A stretch of DNA of 38,439 nucleotides from assembly GCA_963787255.1 (NCBI GenBank), contig CAWBCJ010000005.1:1-38439 (forward strand), read 5' to 3'. Positions 1-12,003 of this stretch are shown piece after piece. Source of the DNA: Methanobacteriota archaeon (lineage in GTDB: Archaea; Methanobacteriota; Methanobacteria; Methanobacteriales; Methanobacteriaceae). Every line of letters starts with the position of its first letter. Position 1 is the stretch's first letter. Position numbers and translations under genes: made by a program. The notes below the pieces were generated by a model. The model did not search any database. It was given only the letters and a program-made list of their open reading frames with translations, and was not told the origin of the DNA.

Positions 1-735
1 ACCGGATTAGCACTAGCTGTTGGAGCTATAGGTATCTATACTATAATTTAATGTATAAACACTGGAAGGATTACCTGCTGTATCGACCGCGAAGAATTTT
101 AGGACTGTATTTGCATTAATAACTATTGGTATTGTATATTGTGTGCTGCTTGTAGTTGGATCATTACCGTCTGTTGTGTAGTAAATTGTTGCAGGTTCAT
201 CTGCTGTTAAAACCACGTTTTGAGTAGTGTTATAATTACCTCCTAGCAGGATTAGCGTCAGCTGTTGGAGCTATAGTATCTATAGTATAAGTTTCTGTGT
301 AAATTCCAGAGGGGTTACCTGCTGTATCGACCGCGAAGAATTTTAGGATTGTATCTGCACTAATAACTATTGGTACTGTATATTGTGTGCTGCTTATTGT
401 TGGATCATTACCGTCTGTTGTGTAGTAAATTGTTGCAGGTTCATTTGCAGTTAAAACCACATTTTGAATAGTATTATAAGTTCCACCTACCGGATTAGCG
501 TTAGCTGTTGGAGCTATAGTATCTATAGTATAAGTTTCTGTATAAATTCTGGACGGGTTACCTGCTGTATCGACCGCGAAGAATTTTAAGATTGTATTTG
601 CACTTATAACTATTGGTATTGTATAATGTGTGCTGCTTATTGTGGGGTTTGATACCGTTTATTGTGTAGTAAATTGTTGCGGGTTCATTTGCAGTTAGGA
701 TAATGTTTTGTGCACTGGATTATATATTCCACCTG
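1..735 (-). repeat. Three tandem ~244-bp intragenic repeats (~81-aa CHB_HEX_C-like domains)
   Basis: GGATTAGC..AGCTGTTGGAGCTATAG recurs near 1, 246 and 489; TTACCTGCTGTATCGACCGCGAAGAATTTTA is present in all three units. Confidence 0.9.
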
Positions 736-1775
736 CTGGAGTAGCAGTTGCAGTTGGTGCGGTTGTATCATTGTTTGTCACTTTATTGTACCATTCATTG
801 TGTTTAATGTTTTAACTCCAGTTTGGGTGATATATGCAATTAAACCACTAAAATTAGCTATAGCTCCATTGATATTCGCATTAGGGTCAATTTCGAACAA
901 TTTCGTGTAGCAGTATGAAAGCGGTTGTTTTTGTTTCTATTGCTTCATCAACGATTGATTTAGCCTGATCTAAGGTATGATATCCGTCTCCATTAATTTC
1001 TTTATCTGGAAGTTGTAATAAATCATCAGGAGGATTTGTAATGGTTCCCTCATAAATTGTTCGATGAGTTTTTATTCCTAATTCACGTAATACATCCAGT
1101 ACTTCATCATCGTATGATCCAAAAGCACTTGCATAATAATATGCACCATCTCCAAACCCATTATTATTAAGCCAATTTATGGCTGTTTGAATTTCAGAAA
1201 TTTTATCTGTTCTATTTAATGTTACAAGATCTAAGTGTTCATTTCCATGGTTTGCTATGGTCCATCCTGCATTATGTAGTTCTTGAAGTTCGGCTAGAGT
1301 CATATACCAGTCGGGTGTCCAATAAAGGCGGGATTGATAAATACGGTTCCTTTGATTCCATATTGTTGCATTATGGGGAATGCATTTAGATATACTGATT
1401 TAGCTCCATCATCAAAGGTTAAAACTATTGTCCAGTTACACTGTTGGCTGCAGCTAATTCTAATATACGACTTTCAGTGAAGGTTAATCCTGGGGGCTGA
1501 ACTAGTGCTTGAGGTTACTGCTGAATTATTGGATGAATTAGCCACATCTCATTTTCTGTAGTCGTTGTATTTGATACGGTAGCTAGTGTTTCGCTTATAG
1601 AATTTTGGGTAATATGACGAGTTGTAGTGTTTATTGTTGTAGAATTATTGTCAGTATCAACTGCAGAGACTCCACCAATACCTAAACCAAATGCCAGAAT
1701 AAATAATAACAAGCAAATGGTTAGTTTATTATGTCTTAAATTTATTAATTTATTTAATAAATCGTGTTTTTTAAT
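1..1775 (-). CDS. Secreted/surface protein: signal peptide, Thr-rich linker, CE4 polysaccharide deacetylase domain, and >=3 chitobiase/beta-hexosaminidase C-terminal (Fn3-associated) repeats; multiply frameshifted and runs off the window
   Basis: Minus-strand pieces in order: hydrophobic LLLFILAFGLGIGGVSA; TIVLTFDDGAKSVYLNAFPIMQQYGIKGTVF (~1340-1432); MTLAELQELHNAGWTIANHGNEH...ILLHEI (887-1303); repeated LTANEPATIYYTTDGNDPT...LKFFAVDTAGNPS units. RBS GGAGGTG at 1781-1787 sits 5 nt before an in-frame ATT at 1775. Confidence 0.8.
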
Positions 1776-1909
1776 GTATACACCTCCTAGATGACTTTTT
1801 TTTGAACAAATACTTATTTTATTATGATTTTGTTCATTACAAGAGATTGGGATAATGTAATATGCTGATAATTAGTAGTGTTACTATTACTGCATATTAC
1901 TAATATCCT

Positions 1910-1941
1910 ATTACTTATTATGTCACAATGTAATAAGTAAT
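1910..1941. promoter_or_regulatory. Perfect 11-bp inverted repeat in a divergent intergenic region; candidate regulator site
   Basis: ATTACTTATTA (1910-1920) - 10 nt - TAATAAGTAAT (1931-1941). Confidence 0.4.
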
Positions 1942-2504
1942 TAACGGTTTTTAATAAAATTAGATGTACCATAATTGCAATAGCATGTTAAAAATCTTAG
2001 AAGATTATTAATTTTTTGAAAAATAAGAAAATGAGTTATTTTACTAAAAAAAATGTTGCCAGGATCATAAAGATAGTAATTAAAAACATTATAAATGTAT
2101 ATTGGACATAAAATGCACATAAAATTAGCCTTAATACATTGAAGATACTAAAAACTGCCAATTATTCACTTTAAAAGTCATTTCATATAACTTAAGACAC
2201 AATAAATATTGACTTTTACCGCATTTTGGTTATTCATTTATACCATAAGCGTACATATTATTAATAAGATAATATCTACTGTTAGCATAAAAATCAAAAC
2301 TTTTACAGGTATAAAGGCCAAACATCCCTAATAATCACAATTCTAACAAATATAATGCTCCAAAAATGAATAATATAGCATTTATGAATACTACAATAAT
2401 TATATCATCTGTATCTATATGTTTCCTGAGTTTTTAAAACAAAATAATAGCAAAAACTCCGCAAAAAATCAATCTTACAATAAAAATAATGTTAGGAGAT
2501 TAAA

Positions 2505-3646
2505 ATGAAAATATTACAGGTAGCCCCATATTTCAGCCCATTTATAGGGGGCCAGGAGAAATATATTCATAATTTAAGCAAATATTTAGTAAAAAATGGG
2601 CATGAAGTAGATCTAATAACCTCAAATTATCCATTAACTACTGAATACGAAAAAATAGATGGAATAAACATTAGAAGAACAAAAGTCCTAATGAAACCAT
2701 TAAGAAACCCTATCTCATATGGATTTTTAAAGATCAACAAAATAGTTGATAACTATGATATAGTTCATATACATAATGAATACAGTTTTCCATCAATGAC
2801 TACTACTTATTTTAAAAATAAAAAGAATTTCCCCCTTATTTTAACTAACCATATAACTCAGTTAAATTTCGAAAATCATTTAAAAAATTCCTTTGGAAAT
2901 ATTTACAATAAAACTGTGGGAAAAGCCATAAGGAACAGATGTGACGCTATCATAACCCTCTCAAAATCCCATAAAGAACTTCAAATTTCTATAAGTCCTA
3001 AAATTGCCGATAAAATAAAGATAATTCCAAATGCCATTGATTTAGAACACTTAAAAGAACTAGATAACGCCATTGATAAAAATTATGAAAATGGAAGTTT
3101 TAAACTTCTCTATGTAGGGCAATTATTAAAAAGAAAAGGTATTCAATGGCTAATTAAAGCCGTGAGCATCCTTAAAGAAAATGGAAATAAAATCAAGCTC
3201 GATATAGTCGGCGATGGAGAAGATAAAAACTACTTCAAAAAAATGGTAACCGATTTAAAAATGGAAGATATCATCGAATTTAAAGGAAACATACACGATG
3301 AATATGAGCTTGTTTCACTATATAAAAACTCAGATGTCCTTGTTTTACCTTCACTTTCAGAAGGACTGCCAACAGTTATTTTAGAGGCACTATATTTCGG
3401 TTTACCAGTAATTGCATCAAATATTCCCGGAATTAGAGGACGTATTTAAAGATCATATATTTTTAGTTCCACCAAAAGACGAACACAGCCTAGCTAGAGA
3501 CAATAAATCAAGTTTATGAAGATGAAGGATCAGAAAAATTAAAAAAATTATCTACAAAAGGTAAAAAACTAGTTGAAAAAAAATATTCATGGGAAAATGG
3601 ATCTAACGAATATATAAACACGTATAAATCAATAATAAAACATTAA
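2505..3646 (+). CDS. Glycosyltransferase family 4 (GT-B); two apparent frameshifts near 3435 and 3497
   Basis: MKILQVAPYFSPFIGGQE N-terminus; YVGQLLKRKG; LPSLSEGLPTVILEA (EX7E). C-terminus (LVPPKDE; KGKKLVEKKYSW...KH*) is in shifted frames ending at TAA 3646. RBS AGGAG. Confidence 0.9.
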
Positions 3647-3697
3647 AACAAAGATAGAATGTAACTACCAGTAAACACGCCCTTAAACGTGATCAAA

Positions 3698-3952
3698 ATG
3701 ACTAAAACCCAATTATTAGAAAATATCCTTAAGATATTATGCTGCCCCACATGCAATTCACAAATTAATAAAAATTTTAATTTTAAAAATCACGAATACG
3801 AATCTCCCCTAGTATAATATTCCAGTTACATTAAATAAATCTTCAAGAGACATTATAAAAAGTTGTATTTAAAGTGAAAGAAAATGCAGAAAAAATACGA
3901 TTCCATAATAAAATTTATGGATGATATACCGGATAAAGGATTTCAAAAATAG
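3698..3952 (+). pseudogene. Short or decayed ORF with a Trm112-like CCPTC zinc-ribbon N-terminus (probable methyltransferase remnant)
   Basis: ATG 3698: MTKTQLLENILKILCCPTCNSQI...PLV* (stop 3817), followed by out-of-frame NIPV and further coding-like fragments up to TAG 3952. Confidence 0.4.
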
Positions 3953-4963
3953 GTAAGATAGCTATATTAGGGCTGATTTATGCCGATTTTGACGGTGTAG
4001 GCAAAGTTATAGACCTACAATCTAAAGCACTTTCCAACAAATATGACGTTTCTATCTTCACTTTAGAAGAATCCATGGACCCTCCTGAAAACATTAAATT
4101 ACATCTTATAGGATCACCCCAAAATTTTTGGATAAATCGAATTTACAGGCTAATATTACCACTAAATTTTATTTTAACCTGGAAATATTTACAAGAACTT
4201 AAAGAATATGATATTATTATTAGCCATTTATACCCTGTAACTGCACTAGCATACTTAACAAAACTTTTTTATGGAACCAAATACATTATATGGCACCATC
4301 ATACTCCCATTGAATATCCAAGCTTATACCAAAGGTTATATATGGAAATTATCAAATATTTCGATGAAAAAAGCTTTATAATTAAAAATGCAGACTATAT
4401 ATGTTCTGTAAGTGAATTTTCAAGAAAGCTATTAAAAGAAAAGAGGCGGATTTAACAGTATTGTAGTATACTCCGATGTAGATAATCATTTCAAGGAAAA
4501 TTTAGACAAAAACAAAATAAGAACAAGATATAACCTATCTTCTAACCCTATTATTCTTTTTGTTGGAAGAATAAGCCCCCAAAAAAATATTCATACCTTA
4601 ATCAAAGTATTTAATGCTGTTAAAAAGAAGATACCTGATGCAAAATTAATTATTGTTGGTAAAACAGTTTTTAATGATTATATTAAAGAACTAAAGAACA
4701 TAACTGATGAATCTGTTATATTTACCGGTTATGTGCCCGCTGAAGATTTACCTTATTATTATGCTGCATGTGACGTATATGCCAGCTGTTCTATATCTGA
4801 AGGATTTAATTTACCTTTAGCAGAAGCTCAAAGTAGTGGGAAAAAGGTTGTAGTATTCGATATTGATGTACACAAAGAAGTAGTTAAAAATGGATATTTA
4901 ATTAAAAAAGATGACATTGATGATTTTGCATCAAAAATCATTGAAATTATTGAACAGGTGTAA
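3949..4963 (+). CDS. Glycosyltransferase family 4; probable ATA start; frameshift near 4445
   Basis: The frame is open upstream of ATG 4075 to ATA 3949, giving (M)GKIAILGLIYADFDGVGKVI. Second half has FVGRISPQKN and SISEGFNLPLAEA. Confidence 0.85.
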
Positions 4964-4967
4964 AATA

Positions 4968-6126
4968 ATGGATATTTTAGTTATAGGAACTTGTTATGGA
5001 TTATATCAACCTAAATCTGGCGGTAGAAACAGGTTTTATAACTTAGTGGAACAATTAAATAAAAAAAATGATTTAAATATAATTCAACCTGCAATATATA
5101 AAGATAAATGTGATGAATCCTTTGATAATGTCTCTTATTACAAATCAAATATAGGTAACAGGAACATTAATACCTTAACTGATTTCAATCCCTATTTCAT
5201 TTTAAAAGTATTTAAAACACTAAAAAATGAAAAAATAGATTTAATTCAAATTTCACAGCCATTTGGAGTTTTTATATTAAAAATAATAACCAAATTAATG
5301 AATAAAAATGTTAAAATTATACTAGATTCTCATAATGTCGAAAAGGAAATGGCCAATTCTATCGACTTAAAAGAAATAAAATATCCAGAACGGATATTCG
5401 CTTTTTTATATACCCTTATTGTTCCCTTAATTGAACAACTTGCTTTAAGATGCTCTGATTTTATTTTAGTTGTAAGTGAAGAAGATAAAAGTAGTTTTAT
5501 AAAAGAATTTAAAGTGAAATCTAATAAAATAGCTTTAATACCTTCTGGCATTAAAATAGAGGAATTAAAATAATAAGAAAGATTCTCGATTATTAAATTA
5601 CATTGAAAATATAAAAAATTCAGGTAAAAGTATAGTATTTTTTCATGGTTCCTATTTTCATCCACCTAATAGAGAAGCAATAGAAGTAATAAAAAATTAT
5701 ATTGCACCACGAGTATCAGAAGCATTTTTCATAATAGCAGGTACAGATGTACCTGTATTTAATCAAAGTAACATCAAATCCCTGGGATTTATAGAAGACA
5801 TATACTCCTTAATGCAAATAGTAGATATTGCAATAGTTCCAATATGTAATGGGGGAGGAACCAGACTTAAAATATTAGATTACATGATGATGAGCTTACC
5901 TATTGTAACTACAAAAAAAGGAATCGAAGGAATTAATGCTTTAAATATGGAAAATGCTCTAATTGTAGAAAAAGTTGAAGAAGAGTTTATTGACTCTATC
6001 AGATATCTACTAGAAAATAAGGATTTCCAAGAAAAAATGGGAAAGAACAACAGAAAATTAGTAGAAGAAAAATATAATATTGCCATCATTGGAGACAAGC
6101 TAAACGAATTATACAATAAAATTTAG
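4968..6126 (+). CDS. Glycosyltransferase family 4; frameshift near 5568
   Basis: MDILVIG...SGGRNR after RBS AGGTG; LDSHNVE; shifted-frame FHGSYFHPPNREA; GGGTRLKILDYM. Confidence 0.85.
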
Positions 6127-6132
6127 GGTAAA

Positions 6133-8412
6133 ATGAAAATAAACAACTTCTTTCAAATAAATAACTGGGAAATTAAGAAATATTTCTATTTTATCATATC
6201 ATTACAGATACTATTGATATCTTTAATTATTTTAGACACCATAGGAATAGATATACCAATTTTAAGGCAATCATTAGGATTTATATTTCTAACATTCATT
6301 CCAGGTTTCATTATACTTAGAATAATAGGCCTACATAATCTCAGTAACCTTGAATCAGTTCTTTATGCAGCGGGTTTAAGTTTATTCTTTTTGATGAGCA
6401 CCGGATTTCTAATCAACATATTCTATCCGTTTATAGGAATTTCTAAGCCATTATCCTTTTCAAGCCTAGTTATTAGCATTAATATCATTATTTTAGCCTT
6501 ATTAATTTTATCTACTAGAATTAATAAAAATTATCACAAACCTGATCTTATAGAATTAAACAGCCTTTTATCATATCCTGTACTCTATTTATTATTGATT
6601 CCATTTATTGCAATTATAGGTTCATATATAGTCAATGTATACCATAATAACATCCTCTTAATGCTTTTAATCCTCCTAATTGGATTTACCGCCATTTTAA
6701 TATGTTTTACTGACTATATTCCTAAAAAGTTATATCCATTAGCAATTTTTTCTATGGCGCTTGCGCTTTTATTTTATAGATCATTAGTACCTTTTTATTT
6801 ATGGGGAACGGATATACAATATGAATACTATTTTTCCAAGTTAGTTTTAGTAAATGGGGTCTGGAATTGGAATATTTCTCATCCTTACAACGGAATTTTA
6901 AGCACCAACATTTTAGCGCCAATATATGCATTTTATTGTAATTTAGACATTAGCTGGGTATTTAAAACAATCTACCAATTCATCTTTGCCTTAACACCAT
7001 TAGGCTTATATTTAGCCTTTAAAAAACAAACTAGTGAAACAACAGCATTTTTAGCATGTTTTTTATTTATTTCTATATCTACATTTTACATGGAAATGCC
7101 AGCATTGGCCCGGCAAGAAATATCCCAATTATTTGCAGTTTTATTAATCTTAATACTGATTACCATCAATAAAAATAAAATTAAAATGAATTTTATGTTT
7201 ATAATTTTTAGTTTCTCACTTATTATATCCCATTATTCGTTATCTTATATTTATATGTTCATTTTTATTAGTGCATGGATTTTAATCTATTTAGACGATA
7301 AATTTGGCAATTATAACCATATTTATAGAAATTTAGATCCCATTATGTCGAGGGTGCCGTTTTTAAGCGATAAAATAAGGTTAAGGACTTCTAAAGATGT
7401 GTGGAATTATAGGAGATATAAGGATAATAAAATTAGTTTAAGTTTTATTGGATTTTTTGCAATATTAACTATTGCCTGGTATATTTATACCTCCAGTTCT
7501 TCTTCTATTATACAGGTTGTTCATATTGGGGGTCAAATATCAAGTAGTATTGTATCGGATTTTTTAAATTCAAATAATTCTCAAGGATTACACTTATTAA
7601 GCAGCAGTTCAACATTTTTACATAATATTGGTAAATATTTACATATAATTTCTCAATTTTTCATTATTATCGGTATTATAATTGTTTTGTTGATTAACAG
7701 AATGAAATTTAATAGATATTACATTGTTTTTTCATTAATTAACTTGTCATTATTGTTTTTTAGTATACTTGTTCCCTTTTTTGCAAGTTCTCTAAATACA
7801 ACTAGATTATACCAGATTTCACTCATGTTTTTAGCCCCATTTTGTGTTATTGGAGGATTAGCTCTTTTAAAAATTATCAAAATTAATAAAATAAATCAAT
7901 TCCCTAAAAAAGCATTATGTATATTTTTTGTAATTATACTTTTATTTAGTTCAGGATTCGTCTATGAAGTTTTAAAGGATGATCCAACATCTAATTCCCT
8001 AAGTCAAAACTATATTACAACTTCTGGCAGTCCAGAAGAAAAAGTGTCTTTTTATAGTGGATATACTCCTCAACAAAATGTTTTTAGTATCCAATGGTTA
8101 TCCGACCAGAAAAATCCGTCCAATTTGACTAAAATTTATTCTGGTGCTACCAATGTTCCTCAGATATGGGCTTATGTTAATTCGCCATATAACAGTTTTT
8201 ATTTAGAAGATATCTATAATTTAACTTCTTATGATAAAGATTCCTATATTTACTTGGGTTATGTGGAAATATCTGATGGTATTATTGGAAGTTGGGAAAC
8301 TAAGTATTTAGGAAAGACAATATATCATAATATGACTGATATATATCCTTTTCTTAAAAATGAGAATAAAATATATTCAAATGGAAAAAGTGAAATCTAT
8401 TATGGTGCTTAA
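6133..8412 (+). CDS. DUF2206-family polytopic membrane protein
   Basis: 759 aa with many TM segments; motifs IPILRQ..GF..LTFIPG, GTDIQYEY, RQE, SHYS and RLY, characteristic of archaeal DUF2206 proteins in glycan clusters. Confidence 0.8.
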   Translation: MKINNFFQINNWEIKKYFYFIISLQILLISLIILDTIGIDIPILRQSLGFIFLTFIPGFIILRIIGLHNLSNLESVLYAAGLSLFFLMSTGFLINIFYPFIGISKPLSFSSLVISINIIILALLILSTRINKNYHKPDLIELNSLLSYPVLYLLLIPFIAIIGSYIVNVYHNNILLMLLILLIGFTAILICFTDYIPKKLYPLAIFSMALALLFYRSLVPFYLWGTDIQYEYYFSKLVLVNGVWNWNISHPYNGILSTNILAPIYAFYCNLDISWVFKTIYQFIFALTPLGLYLAFKKQTSETTAFLACFLFISISTFYMEMPALARQEISQLFAVLLILILITINKNKIKMNFMFIIFSFSLIISHYSLSYIYMFIFISAWILIYLDDKFGNYNHIYRNLDPIMSRVPFLSDKIRLRTSKDVWNYRRYKDNKISLSFIGFFAILTIAWYIYTSSSSSIIQVVHIGGQISSSIVSDFLNSNNSQGLHLLSSSSTFLHNIGKYLHIISQFFIIIGIIIVLLINRMKFNRYYIVFSLINLSLLFFSILVPFFASSLNTTRLYQISLMFLAPFCVIGGLALLKIIKINKINQFPKKALCIFFVIILLFSSGFVYEVLKDDPTSNSLSQNYITTSGSPEEKVSFYSGYTPQQNVFSIQWLSDQKNPSNLTKIYSGATNVPQIWAYVNSPYNSFYLEDIYNLTSYDKDSYIYLGYVEISDGIIGSWETKYLGKTIYHNMTDIYPFLKNENKIYSNGKSEIYYGA

Positions 8413-8479
8413 ATGAAAAGTTAGATATTTCAAGTAAAGGAATACATAAATCCAGTTTTAAAAGGTTAGTGATGCTTAA

Positions 8480-9608
8480 ATGAAAATATTAATGATTACA
8501 CCTTCATATGAACCCGTAGTTGGAGGTACTGAAACTGTAGTTAAAAATCTTACCATTAATCTAAACAAATTAGGCCTTAAAACGGATGTATTGACTTTCA
8601 ACATGAGGGGCCATTGGGATCCCAAGTGGGATTGGGAAGTAAAAGAAGAAGAAAGTTTTAAAGTGTATAAAATACCTGCTTTTAATCCATTTATTAAATT
8701 TAATTTACCTGATCCTGTAAGTTACTTTTTTAGATTAACTATAATTACCAATCCCGTATTTAGGAAAATATTGGATGATTATGATATTTTACATTTTCAT
8801 GATGAAGTGGATTTATCTCTTCCATTGTTTTCTCTTTTTTTAGAAAAACCAAAAATATTTCATATTCACACTTTGCAGGAAACCTATAATTTCTACAAGA
8901 AAAATATACTTTCAAATTATCTACTTACTAAACCATTTGAATCTGCATCTTGCAGCGTCAAAAAGCAACAAAAAACTTTTAAAGTCTTTAGGTGCAGAAA
9001 ATATTAAAATTTTACCTAATGGAGTTGACATTGACAAATTTAATTTTAGTAAAGATAGGAATGAAAAAAAAATTGTTTTTATAGGAAGATTAGAAAAAAG
9101 GAAAGGAATTCATATATTGATTGATTCATTGAAAAAAATTGAAACGCAGGTTAAACTTGTAATTATTGGTCCTAGTTATAATGATAAATATTCAAAAGAG
9201 ATAATGTCAAAGATAGATGAAGAAAATAAAGAAGGAAAGCATGAAATTTCCTATTTAGGGCCTTTAAGTCATGAAAATATTATTAAAATACTTAAAGAGT
9301 CAATGTTACTTGTTTGTCCTTCTATAAGTGAAGATTTTGGAATGGTGATAATTGAGGCAATGTCTTGTGGAACTCCGGTTATAGCCTCGGATATTGGGGG
9401 TATAAAAGATATAATAACTAATCATGAAAATGGCATTGTTATTCCTCCAGAAAATGATAGTGAATTAGCAAGATCAATAGAATATTTAATTAATAATCAT
9501 GAATTAAGGAGTAAATTATCGATTAATGGTAGGAAAACTGTTGAGGATAAATATTCATGGGAATCTATAGTAAAAAGACTGTCCCGGATTTATGAAACGC
9601 TAATTTAA
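8480..9608 (+). CDS. Glycosyltransferase family 4; frameshift near 8935
   Basis: MKILMITPSYEPVVGGTE; PNGVD; FIGRLEKRKG; PSISEDFGMVIIEAMSCGTPVIASDIGG. Confidence 0.9.
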
Positions 9609-9665
9609 ACTTTTTCTAATAAAAATAATAAATTGGATTATGATTTTATTATGGGGGTGCATAAG

Positions 9666-11099
9666 ATGACAATAGCAAGAAAAGCTGCAAAAAATTCAAT
9701 TTACCTTTTAATAGCCAATGTTATTTCAGGAATATTAATTATTATATTAACTATTTTAGCAGCTCGTTATCTAGGAGACGTTGCATTTGGTATATACAGC
9801 TTTGCCCTGGCCCTTGCAGGTTTATTAGTAATTATATCAAATATAGGATTAAATCTTGTAGTTACCAGAGATTTAGCACGCAATAAAGATTCTACAGGTA
9901 AATATCTAGCTAATGCCACATTAATAGAAATTTCCCTTTCCATAATCTTCTTTTTATCAGTATTCCTAGTATTAAATCTTATCAATTATCCTGAAGATGG
10001 TAAATTAGTAGTTTATTTAGTTTCTCTCGCTGTTCTATTTGAACAAACATTTATCATGCTTCAAAATTCAATCTACCGTTCCTATGGAAAAATGATATAT
10101 GAATCATTAAACCTGATTATAGTAAAATCAATTTTTTTTATTCTAGGAATTTATGTACTTTATTCCGGTTATGGCTTGATCCCATTTGTTTTAATGTACT
10201 TTTTAGCTTCCTTAATAGGATTCATTGTAGCACTTATCATAACCTTAAAAAAGTTTACACTACCTAAATTCGAAATAGACTTTAAAACATGGAAATATCT
10301 AATTATCACCGCTTTACCCTTTGGTCTAGCAGGGATGCTAAATTTGATTTATGCAAGATTTGACATGATTATCTTATCCATTTTAAAAGGTGCCGCGGTT
10401 ACAGGATGGTACGGGGCTGCTAACACCCTTGTCGGATCTTTAAGCTTTATTAACGTCGCTTTTATCACTGTAATATTCCCCTTAATGTCTAACGCATTTA
10501 TTTCATCTAAAGAACTTTTAAATAATGTGTATGAAAAATCGTTAAAATATTCCATTATTTTTTTAATACCATTAGCCTTCGGGGTCATGTTCCTTTCAGA
10601 TAAGATAATCACAGTATTTTTTGGCCAAGAATTCATCCAGTCAGCTATTATCCTTAAAATACTTATCTGGGGAGGTATAATTGCTTTTATAAACAGTATA
10701 TTTTATACCGTGCTTGGTTCTACAAACCGACAGAAAATAACATCAGTAATAATGGGCATAGGCGTTTTTGTAAATGTATCCTTGAATCTAATTCTTATCC
10801 CTAATTTTAGTTATATTGGAGCAGCAGTGGCAGCTGTCCTAACGCAAGTTGTGTGTTTAATTTTTGCAGTGCATTTCCAATCAAGTTATTTAAGCCAATT
10901 AAAACTTAAAGGTACTTTAATTAAATCAACTGCAGCAAGTCTCTGTATGTCAGCGATAATATTCTATTTTATTTATTTAAATTTATTTTTATTGATATTC
11001 ATAGCTTCTATAATATATCTGGCTGTTTTTGTACTGCTAAAAGGCTTTAATGATGATGATTGGGAATTATTTAAAGGCTTAATTAAAAGTAATAAATAA
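9666..11099 (+). CDS. Wzx-type polysaccharide flippase (MATE-like)
   Basis: ARYLG..FGIYSFAL, IYARFDMIIL, GWYGAA, LNLILIPNFSYIGAAVA; highly hydrophobic. RBS GGGGTG precedes ATG 9666. Confidence 0.9.
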   Translation: MTIARKAAKNSIYLLIANVISGILIIILTILAARYLGDVAFGIYSFALALAGLLVIISNIGLNLVVTRDLARNKDSTGKYLANATLIEISLSIIFFLSVFLVLNLINYPEDGKLVVYLVSLAVLFEQTFIMLQNSIYRSYGKMIYESLNLIIVKSIFFILGIYVLYSGYGLIPFVLMYFLASLIGFIVALIITLKKFTLPKFEIDFKTWKYLIITALPFGLAGMLNLIYARFDMIILSILKGAAVTGWYGAANTLVGSLSFINVAFITVIFPLMSNAFISSKELLNNVYEKSLKYSIIFLIPLAFGVMFLSDKIITVFFGQEFIQSAIILKILIWGGIIAFINSIFYTVLGSTNRQKITSVIMGIGVFVNVSLNLILIPNFSYIGAAVAAVLTQVVCLIFAVHFQSSYLSQLKLKGTLIKSTAASLCMSAIIFYFIYLNLFLLIFIASIIYLAVFVLLKGFNDDDWELFKGLIKSNK

Positions 11100-11192
11100 A
11101 AGGTGCATTAATGAGTATAAAACATAAAAAAAAGGAATTAATTTAATTAAAAACTAATCATTAACGGAAACTTAGAAGAAATTTAATACTTT

Positions 11193-11981
11193 TCATGGCT
11201 TTATAACATAAACAACCTGGAAAAAGTCATCTATCTTTTTAGAGATATTAAAATTTTTTAGCATTTCTTCTTCCAGTTTCAGGTGATTAAAACCTAGATG
11301 TAAATGATCCCATTTTTTTTCTAGATCCTCAGTGTCTTTAAAAACACCTGCTTTTATCAAATTTTTAAAAGAAATAGGCTCAGTCCACTGGTTTAAAATT
11401 GTAAGACCAACTCTTTGAGCTAAAAAGGATAGACCAACCATTTTAGGTACAGAAATAACAATTATACCATCCTCGGTTATAAGATTAGATATATCCTTAA
11501 TCAGCTTTATTTTTCCTTTATACATATCTTTTTTATTTCCAACATGTTCTAAAACTTCTAAACAAAATGCAACATCATATTCTTTATCCAGCATTGATTT
11601 TAAATCATCTATTTTCATATCTTTATTGCAAATAATGTTAGCATTTTTTAAATCCATTTCCTTAACTAAAATCTTTGCAATATCTGCAAATGGAGAAAAT
11701 GCATCTATTCCTGTTACATGGTTAAAATAATGGGATAATGATGGAATAAAGCATCCATCAGCACATCCAAAGTCAATTACGTTAGATTTATTAAAATAAG
11801 GGGATGTAAGCTTCAAACTGATTTCAAAATGTCTGGCTCTAAGTTTTGAAGCCATTCCAGGTTTTAAATAATATCTATTGGTATAAGTTTTATCTCCAAG
11901 CAAGTCATATCCTTCTAATTCAACATATCTTGGAGGAATATAATCTTTAATGTTCCAGAAATATTTATATTTTAAATCCAT
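11193..11981 (-). CDS. Class I SAM-dependent methyltransferase
   Basis: VIDFGCADG (motif I), TGID, YDVAFCLEVLEHV, GIIVISVP. Confidence 0.85.
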   Translation of the reverse strand: MDLKYKYFWNIKDYIPPRYVELEGYDLLGDKTYTNRYYLKPGMASKLRARHFEISLKLTSPYFNKSNVIDFGCADGCFIPSLSHYFNHVTGIDAFSPFADIAKILVKEMDLKNANIICNKDMKIDDLKSMLDKEYDVAFCLEVLEHVGNKKDMYKGKIKLIKDISNLITEDGIIVISVPKMVGLSFLAQRVGLTILNQWTEPISFKNLIKAGVFKDTEDLEKKWDHLHLGFNHLKLEEEMLKNFNISKKIDDFFQVVYVIKP

Positions 11982-12003
11982 GAAAAATTAGCCTCTTAAT
12001 AAA

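Noticed and set aside
1-735. Repeats as a CRISPR array or mobile element
   Set aside because: The ~244-bp units encode protein domains and have no repeat-spacer structure.
2505-9608. Programmed ribosomal frameshifting in the GT genes
   Set aside because: No consistent slippery motif; the shifts are scattered single-base indels typical of sequencing error.
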